Shown: piece by piece, positions 57,549 through 64,000 of the stretch
Layout of the letters: the number at the start of each line of letters is the position of its first letter
Numbering within the stretch: the stretch's first letter is position 1
DNA from: Candidatus Hermodarchaeota archaeon
GTDB taxonomy: Archaea > Asgardarchaeota > Hermodarchaeia > Hermodarchaeales > Hermodarchaeaceae
Direction: 5' to 3'
Assembly: GCA_016839805.1 (NCBI GenBank)
Contig: JAEOTO010000031.1
Coordinates: forward strand, 1 to 64,000
Length of the DNA: 64,000 nucleotides
The notes under the pieces: generated by a model
What the model saw: the letters and a program-made list of their open reading frames with translations, nothing else
What the model was told of the DNA's origin: nothing
The model's database searches: none
Made by a program: the position numbers and the translations under genes

Positions 57549-58613
57549 TCAGGGGGAATTGCGTGGTGAAGAAGTACTCAGTTTCACCGCATCCATTATT
57601 GAAACAATTTTGCCAGTAGAAAGATGATAACCAGCGACGGCATTCGCAAATTTTGTGGCTTCAGGGATGGTTAATCCAATTTGTTGTCCTGCTAAGAAAC
57701 CAGCGTGCCAACAGTCACCCGCTCCCGTTGATCGAATAATAGGAACTTGAAAACTAGCTTCAAGAGCAAGTTGTTTATTTTTTTGCCAAATTTCAGCTTT
57801 TGTAGGTGTATGTAATCCAAATAGTATGTTAGGAAAGGTTGAGGATAGAAATCGGATTGCCTCCTCAGGTGTTTTCTTTGGTTTTCTGGCCAACAATCTA
57901 ATTTCAGTCGCATTACCAAAAATTTGTGAAGGAGGTCGTGTATGTTTTAAGATTCGCTTCCAAATTTTATTTATTCGGTGAATATGTGGGGTGAGGTCCG
58001 AAAAATCGATTGAAATCTTCACATTGTTTGGCGTTTTATGAAGAATCGCCTCCACAAGTTCTTCCATTTTTAAGTTATGAGCATTGGTAATTACAATCGC
58101 ATCACTCTTTTTCATGATGTTCCATTGTTCTTGCGTCAGTTTAGCGGATGAGAAATCTGCCACACTTCCTGAACTATTTACCATTACATTATTCTTACTT
58201 GAGCCATGTGGAATCTCAAGAATCATAGAACTTGCTAAGTCACCTGTGTCAGTTATTATGGTATTAACGTTTAGAGGATGTAAGAAAAATTCGATGAGAT
58301 GTTTACCAAGTGGAGATGTTTCAGTTAAGAAAGTAGTCGATACACCCAGTCCGGCTAATATTTTAGCAACATTCCCTGCATTTCCTCCCGAAACGAGTTG
58401 AATGCTTGGTCCTAATAAATTCCCTCCACCTCTTGAATAAATGTCACTTATTCCAGCCATTAATTTCTCGTAAGACATATGTGGATTAACAATGATGTCC
58501 AAATAGAAATCCGGCAGAACTGTCACATTGGATTTTTTTATCTTTTCTAATGCTGATTGAATATCAATTGATACCATAACGACTAACCCCAGTATGTCGC
58601 CCAAGATAATCAA
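57549..58613 (-). CDS. PfkB-family carbohydrate kinase
   Basis: GGNAGN, STGAGDCWHAGF, FANAVA. Confidence 0.9.
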   Translation of the reverse strand: MIILGDILGLVVMVSIDIQSALEKIKKSNVTVLPDFYLDIIVNPHMSYEKLMAGISDIYSRGGGNLLGPSIQLVSGGNAGNVAKILAGLGVSTTFLTETSPLGKHLIEFFLHPLNVNTIITDTGDLASSMILEIPHGSSKNNVMVNSSGSVADFSSAKLTQEQWNIMKKSDAIVITNAHNLKMEELVEAILHKTPNNVKISIDFSDLTPHIHRINKIWKRILKHTRPPSQIFGNATEIRLLARKPKKTPEEAIRFLSSTFPNILFGLHTPTKAEIWQKNKQLALEASFQVPIIRSTGAGDCWHAGFLAGQQIGLTIPEATKFANAVAGYHLSTGKIVSIMDAVKLSTSSPRNSP

Positions 58614-58751
58614 ATCTTATAAATTAAAATCATTACTTTTGATAGAGTAGCACTCCTAAAAGTGGAAAGTTTAGTTTTGAAATGCAGGAAAGCCTATTCT
58701 TTTGTATTACTTGCCAGCTTTTGTATCCCACCTTGACTGAGGTTTGAGACA

Positions 58752-59231
58752 ATGTCAGATTGGATACGACAAGCTTTCACCGATGGGCTCTATGGCAAAC
58801 TCGCACACTACGATGTGCTCAAAGCCCTTGAAGGAATCACACCAGAACAGGCAAAGAAAAAATCATACAAGGGTGGGCATTCGATTTGGGATCACCTCTT
58901 CCATATCGTGTTTTGGCATGATATCACGATGAAAGCAATTCAGGGAAAAGCCATTGATTGGGATGCCATCAAGGGTACTGACTGGTTACAATCCGATGCA
59001 AAGCTTACGAAAAAATCGTGGGAGAAACTCGTCAAGAGCTTTGCCAAGCATCTTATCGAATTGAAAGAACTTGCTGAGACTGAGGACTTGACACAACTTA
59101 TCAAAGGATTCGGGGACATGCCACTGGGAAAAGGTATTCTTGTAGAAATTCAGCATAATAGCTACCATATCGGGCAAATCGTCATCCTACGCCAACTCCA
59201 AGGAAATTGGCCGCCACCTGATGACAAGTGA
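58752..59231 (+). CDS. DinB/DUF664-family protein
   Basis: SIWDHLFH...HNSYHIGQI. Confidence 0.9.
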   Translation: MSDWIRQAFTDGLYGKLAHYDVLKALEGITPEQAKKKSYKGGHSIWDHLFHIVFWHDITMKAIQGKAIDWDAIKGTDWLQSDAKLTKKSWEKLVKSFAKHLIELKELAETEDLTQLIKGFGDMPLGKGILVEIQHNSYHIGQIVILRQLQGNWPPPDDK

Positions 59232-59498
59232 GCTCCACAAATACTTGCTCTGTACACTTGCTTGAATAGGTCGGAAACAAGATAGCTTCTAAGTTAATCT
59301 GTTCATCACGGCGCGTAATTTCGAGAATATTTGTTGGTACAGGTTTCACCTCATTAAATGTCTATTGCAGATTTGTCAACATCTTATGAGGGGAACTACT
59401 CCAAACAGAATCTTTTTACACTAATTTTGGGCGGGATAAATTAAAGAATATGTGACTTGGAAGGTTGCGAAAGATCTGACACTTCCATCAGTTGAAAA

Positions 59499-59924
59499 CT
59501 AGTACCTCTCTCCCCTCTCAGGGGAAACAGTGTTTTCAGAAGTGTTAAATCCGCGATCGCCTTCGAGCACACCAGGTTTAGCAGTAATATGCTGTACTGC
59601 GGTTTTGAGAATTTTTCGTAAACGTTCGGGTTCTAACTGTGATAGCTGTCGATAACGGAGACAACTCTTCCCCACACTTAATTTCGCTAATGATACTCGA
59701 TATTGATCCAAAACCTGAGGATCTAAATAGAGACTCACATAGTGTTTTTGAGCAGCCAAAGAGGCAAGAGTAACTCCATTCAGCGAATAATGAAGCATCC
59801 CATATTTCACCCCTTCATGGACAGTGGGAGCAACTTCGAATATCAGACTGCGTACTGACTCCAGGATTTCCCGGAGCTCCCCAGAAACATCAGCACGATA
59901 AGCCGACGGAGAAGATGCACTCAC
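59499..59924 (-). CDS. DUF1801 (YdhG-like) protein
   Basis: EGVKYGM, QKHYVSLY, GKSCLRY. Confidence 0.85.
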   Translation of the reverse strand: MSASSPSAYRADVSGELREILESVRSLIFEVAPTVHEGVKYGMLHYSLNGVTLASLAAQKHYVSLYLDPQVLDQYRVSLAKLSVGKSCLRYRQLSQLEPERLRKILKTAVQHITAKPGVLEGDRGFNTSENTVSPERGERY

Positions 59925-59950
59925 AGGATGATCATTGTAGAGTCTAGGAT

Positions 59951-60679
59951 TTACTTATGGTCGAAGTTTCCTCCATCAACATGAAGGGTTTCGCCAGTAA
60001 TATATGACGCCTTGCTAGAGGCGAGAAAGAGAATGGCATTCGCAACGTCTGTGGGATGTCCAGTACGTTTGATGAGGGCTTGCTTGATAAACACAGCTTT
60101 CTCTTCTTTGGTCATACCCCAGGTGTCAATCGGTCCTGGTGAGACGGCATTAACGCGGATTGGTGCCAGTTCACGGGCTAGCCCCCGTGTAATTGGTGTA
60201 CCCGCGGTTTTAGTCAGCGCGTAACCGATGCCGCCAAGATGGTAATCCATAACGACATTCACGATGTTTCCATGTGTTTCCTTCAAGTAAGGGGCTACAT
60301 AATGAGAGCAGACTAATATGCCCATGATATTGACTCGTACCATTCGTATCCAGAGATCCCAATCCGGATTTTTAAATTGAAACAGTGGAGGCGGATGGGC
60401 TGCTGCATTATTGACGAGCACATCAATTCTTCCAAATTGATCTATGACTTCTTTGGTCATAGTAGATACGTCGGTTGGGTTTGAGACATCCGCTTTGAGG
60501 CACAAGGCTTGCCTTCCTAATTGTTGAATAGCGTCTACTACTTCATCAGCTTTCGTTGAAGAAGAATAATAATTGACGACCACATCAGCACCATTTTCTG
60601 CAAATAATCGAGCTGTTGCACTACCAATTCCTCCACTTGCTCCCGTAATAATCACGGATTTTCCATCAAAACTATGCAT
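59951..60679 (-). CDS. SDR-family oxidoreductase
   Basis: TGASGGIG, VNNAA, YALTK, VNAVSPG, VDGG. Confidence 0.95.
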   Translation of the reverse strand: MHSFDGKSVIITGASGGIGSATARLFAENGADVVVNYYSSSTKADEVVDAIQQLGRQALCLKADVSNPTDVSTMTKEVIDQFGRIDVLVNNAAAHPPPLFQFKNPDWDLWIRMVRVNIMGILVCSHYVAPYLKETHGNIVNVVMDYHLGGIGYALTKTAGTPITRGLARELAPIRVNAVSPGPIDTWGMTKEEKAVFIKQALIKRTGHPTDVANAILFLASSKASYITGETLHVDGGNFDHK

Positions 60680-60950
60680 AGAAATCTCCCTTCAAGTAAA
60701 TTACGTGAATAATCTACAGTATCAACCTTTTCATTCAGATTATTCAGAAGTTGTAGGCATCCGTTTGAACACAGTTCGCGTTTTTATTTATTTTAAAACG
60801 CTTTCATAAGCACACAACCACTCACAAATAATTCAGATACAATAGGGAATACTACAACCAACTCGTGTTTGAATGAAAATTAATATTTCATTAAATAAAA
60901 GTGATGATGAGGAAGGGGAATAGGATGAGCGTGCTTGTGAACAAACAGGG

Positions 60951-61261
60951 CATTTTCTCCGTGATATCTACGACCATGTGGTACGGATTCTTGATACAAT
61001 CGAAACTTACCGCGATATGTTATCTGGGATGTTGGACATTTATCTATCGAGCACAAGTTTTCGCATGAACGAAGTCATGAAAGTTCTAACAATTATCGCG
61101 ACAATCTTCATCCCCCTCACACTCCTTGTTGGCATCTATGGCATGAATTTTCCAAATATGCCAGAATATACTTTCCCCTGGAGCTATTCTATCCTGCTAG
61201 TATTGATGCTTGTCATTACAATCAGCCTTCTTGTTTATTTTCGGAAAAAAGGTGGCTCTAA
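60951..61261 (+). pseudogene. corA: CorA Mg/Co transporter 3' remnant
   Basis: FLRDIYDH...MNEVMKVLTI...GIYGMNF..MPE; in-frame TAG at 60921 with no N-terminal domain upstream; the usual KKGWL* end is frameshifted. Confidence 0.85.
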
Positions 61262-62850
61262 CGAGCTTCAGAATTGGGTGTCGTTTTACTTAACGCACTA
61301 GCTTGCTTTTCGAGTACTCGTTTCGCTATCTTTCCGGCGCTGGTTTTTGGAAAGGCATCAGTAAAGACAAGGTGCTTGGGAACCTTATAACGTGCAAGCT
61401 TCGACCGCATGAAAGCAAAAAGCTCGGTCTCTGAGACCTGCATTCCCTGCTTACGCATGATGAAAGCACAGCCAACTTCCCCCCACTTCTCATCAGGAAC
61501 TCCGACAACTGCGGCTTGATCGACTGCCGGATGCTCATCCAACACCCGTTCAATCTCGATTGGAAACACATTCTCACCCCCCGAAATGAAAAGGTCTTTC
61601 TTTCGACCAGCAATGAAGAAGAAGCCGTCTTCGTCTTGCCGAGCGAGATCTCCTGTATGAATCCAACCATCAGGTTCAATGACATCCTGAGTAGCTTGTG
61701 GGTTATTCCAATACCCACTGAACGCGTGAGGTCCCCTGAGAAGGAGTTCGCCTACCTCGCCTTGCGGAACATCTTCAAGCTCGTCATTTATGATGCGGAC
61801 TTCATTGTGGAAGAAGGGAAGGCCAATGGCGGTTGGTTTCTGTTTTGATGTTCCGGGTGGCATATAGAAGTTATTGGGTCCCACTTCAGTGAGCCCGTAT
61901 CCCATAGCAAATTCCTGACCACGTTTCCAGAAGGATTCCATTATTGAGACTGGACAGGGTGCCCCGCCACTGAGCCAGAAGCGTACAGAGCTAAAATCAG
62001 TCTTAGCGAATTCCGGTGTATTGATCATCATGTGGTACATAGTAGGAACCCCGATGACAATGGTGCAGCTTTCTTCTTCGATTCGACGGAGGACATCGAT
62101 GGGATCAAAATTTTGCCAAAGAATCATGCGGGCACCAACGTGGAGGAGAGAGACGAGAAGGACGTTCCACCCACCGGTGTGGAAGAGAGGAAAGATGATC
62201 GGACAGACATCGGTGGGGTTGATACCCCAGCAGACGATGGTGTTCACTGAGTTCCAGAAAACGTGGCGATGTGAGAGTACTGCGCCTTTGGGTAGCCCGG
62301 TTGTTCCCCCAGTGGGAAGGATGAGAAACGGGTCTTCAAATCGTAGTGTTGGACGTGGCGGTGGCGTTGTGGGCTGGGTTTTGATGGATTTGTAATAAGA
62401 TGTGGTGCTAGAAAGTGAGGTTTCTTCTATAGCAAGAAAGTTGATGAGACTTGGAGTTTGTTTGCGGAACGCTAAGATGGTTTCATCAAATGTGTTTTCA
62501 TATATCAGCACTTTTGGCGAGGTATTATTGATGTATTCTTGGTGCTCAACAGGGGTGAGCCGAGCATTGAGGGGAACTAGAATAGCACCGAGTTTTCCAC
62601 AGGCAGCAAAGGCGTCGATGCATTCGACGCGATTGTTCATCAAAAACGCTACCCGGTCTCCTTTTCTAATATTATATTTGTTAGATAGAAGATTGGCGAG
62701 TTGGTTTCCTCGTTGATTAAGTTCGTCATATGTGTATCGGCGATTAGTTCTGGAGTCAAGCAGGGCCTCCAGTTTGGGCGTGAGGCCAGTGCGGCGTCCG
62801 AGCCAGTCACCTATCCAATGCCAGTCCTCTGGGGGTGAGATATTCATCAT
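61258..62850 (-). CDS. Long-chain acyl-CoA synthetase / AMP-binding ligase
   Basis: TGGTTGLPKG, GYGLTE, TGD, GRKKD..ISGGEN, GKI. Confidence 0.95.
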   Translation of the reverse strand: MMNISPPEDWHWIGDWLGRRTGLTPKLEALLDSRTNRRYTYDELNQRGNQLANLLSNKYNIRKGDRVAFLMNNRVECIDAFAACGKLGAILVPLNARLTPVEHQEYINNTSPKVLIYENTFDETILAFRKQTPSLINFLAIEETSLSSTTSYYKSIKTQPTTPPPRPTLRFEDPFLILPTGGTTGLPKGAVLSHRHVFWNSVNTIVCWGINPTDVCPIIFPLFHTGGWNVLLVSLLHVGARMILWQNFDPIDVLRRIEEESCTIVIGVPTMYHMMINTPEFAKTDFSSVRFWLSGGAPCPVSIMESFWKRGQEFAMGYGLTEVGPNNFYMPPGTSKQKPTAIGLPFFHNEVRIINDELEDVPQGEVGELLLRGPHAFSGYWNNPQATQDVIEPDGWIHTGDLARQDEDGFFFIAGRKKDLFISGGENVFPIEIERVLDEHPAVDQAAVVGVPDEKWGEVGCAFIMRKQGMQVSETELFAFMRSKLARYKVPKHLVFTDAFPKTSAGKIAKRVLEKQASALSKTTPNSEAR

Positions 62851-62885
62851 TACGTCTCACTTTAAATGGTTAGTAATCTACCAAG

Positions 62886-63707
62886 CTATGTTTTGTCGAC
62901 TTCAGCCAAGAAATTGAGCACAAGTTTGTTGAATTCATCAGGGTTATCAACAGGTGTCATATGAGAAGCCCCTTTCATGATGATGAATTTGTTACCAGGA
63001 ATCCAGTTCTTTAGCTGTTCAGCATGCCACATTGGAACAGTTTCATCCTTCTCTCCTTGAATAATCAGCGTAGGGGATTGGATTTTTTTCAACTCATTTG
63101 CGATGTTGAACCCTGCCGTTGAAATGAGGGCTAACCGATAATCAGTTCTATCAACTCGGCGAATCATTTCCCGAACATGATTCTTTGCTTCATCCGATGC
63201 AAGCCGTAGGATTTTCTTGACTCCCCAGTTGGCAAACCAGTTCATATCGTGATCAGCTGTGAGAGTGAGTCGATCGCTCACTGCATGATCTGCTATCATG
63301 GCAGCAGAATCAGCCAGAATGAGTCCCTTTACAAGTTTAGGGTATTTTATCGCTAACACTTCTGCGACCATTCCTCCCATCGAGAGGCCACAAACGTGGG
63401 TTTGGCTGATATTCAGATGGTGAAGAAATGCATTAAGATCGTTCGCATGTGAGTGAACCTGATATTCTTCACTAGGTTTGGTGGATTTACCGAACCCCTT
63501 CAAATCGACAGTGATGACGCGATAATGTTTGGCAAAGGGATCAATCTGGTATCGCCAGCTAGTTAGGTCACTTAGTAATCCATGGATGAGAAGTAGTGGG
63601 AACCCTTCGCCTTCTTCTTCATAATAGAGTGTTACATCATCACTTACTTGGGCTTCTGGCATGCTAAACCCTCTTTTGCGTAAATATACATTGAAAGGGT
63701 CGTTCAT
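62886..63707 (-). CDS. Alpha/beta hydrolase (PcaD/MhpC-like)
   Basis: HGLL, DLKGFGKS, GLSMGG, GEKD, ASH; the true start may be ATG 63662. Confidence 0.9.
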   Translation of the reverse strand: MNDPFNVYLRKRGFSMPEAQVSDDVTLYYEEEGEGFPLLLIHGLLSDLTSWRYQIDPFAKHYRVITVDLKGFGKSTKPSEEYQVHSHANDLNAFLHHLNISQTHVCGLSMGGMVAEVLAIKYPKLVKGLILADSAAMIADHAVSDRLTLTADHDMNWFANWGVKKILRLASDEAKNHVREMIRRVDRTDYRLALISTAGFNIANELKKIQSPTLIIQGEKDETVPMWHAEQLKNWIPGNKFIIMKGASHMTPVDNPDEFNKLVLNFLAEVDKT

Positions 63708-63751
63708 TTACGCTTAAATATCTTGACTGCGTGATATAGGATTCGCCAAAA

Positions 63752-63769
63752 TGTCAACAGGTGTTGACA
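63752..63769. promoter_or_regulatory. Perfect inverted repeat over the RBS of the last gene
   Basis: TGTCAACA-GG-TGTTGACA. Confidence 0.45.
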
Positions 63770-63771
63770 CA

Positions 63772-64000
63772 ATGACAGAAGAAAAACCATTAGAAAAACA
63801 GATGTGGCGTCCAGTCATTACGGAACGTCGTTGGAACTGGATTGTTTCAGGTTTAGTGAATTTCATCATCGTTTTCATCGTTGCTCTATTGTTCTGGTAT
63901 GTCTTCATGGACTGGCGATTCTCCCTCTTTTACTGGTTTGGATGGATGTTCCTAGGATCTGCGATAGCTGGATGGGGAATTCTCGTTGTTGTTCTTCAAA
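63772..64000 (+). CDS. Membrane protein, 5' part only (runs off the window)
   Basis: MTEEKPLEKQMWRPVITERRWNWIVSGLVNFIIVFIVALLFWYVFMDW...; AGGTG RBS. Confidence 0.7.
   Translation, partial: MTEEKPLEKQMWRPVITERRWNWIVSGLVNFIIVFIVALLFWYVFMDWRFSLFYWFGWMFLGSAIAGWGILVVVLQ

Noticed and set aside
364-63908. Numerous 60-180 aa ORFs in the track lying antisense to or nested within longer genes (e.g. 5282-5836, 37154-37498, 62021-62395)
   Set aside because: They are shadow frames of well-supported genes with no recognisable motifs

Overview
This is a gene-dense archaeal chromosome segment, most likely from an Asgard archaeon (inferred from roadblock/LC7, longin-like and SNAP-like genes, a short histone, AfpA/Isf, and archaeal RadA/RadB/FEN1/Hef/Hel308-family genes). 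I found no rRNA, tRNA, CRISPR array or transposase. The window has three zones. (1) 1-13.4 kb carries redox/metal genes, glycan genes and a cluster of eukaryotic-signature-like genes. (2) About 13.4-43.5 kb is an unusual locus. Membrane and large surface proteins and a VirB4/HerA-like protein are interleaved with divergent copies of recombination enzymes (RadA paralog, RadB-like, Hel308-like helicase with a SWIM insert, FEN1-like, nuclease-less Hef), an MIT-like/PLD protein and a large tandem-HTH regulator. The VirB4/HerA-like gene appears to be made by a programmed -1 ribosomal frameshift: U UUU UUC, then a stop, a 7-nt spacer and an 11-bp stem, at 18440-18489 on the minus strand. I propose this locus as a candidate DNA-exchange/recombination system; this is inference. 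(3) 43.5-64 kb carries metabolism and transport genes, a candidate structured RNA upstream of a GH3 gene and a corA remnant. An arsC pseudogene, a 52-aa ORF and two edge-truncated genes missing from the ORF track were also identified. All family calls come from reading motifs by eye, not from database searches.
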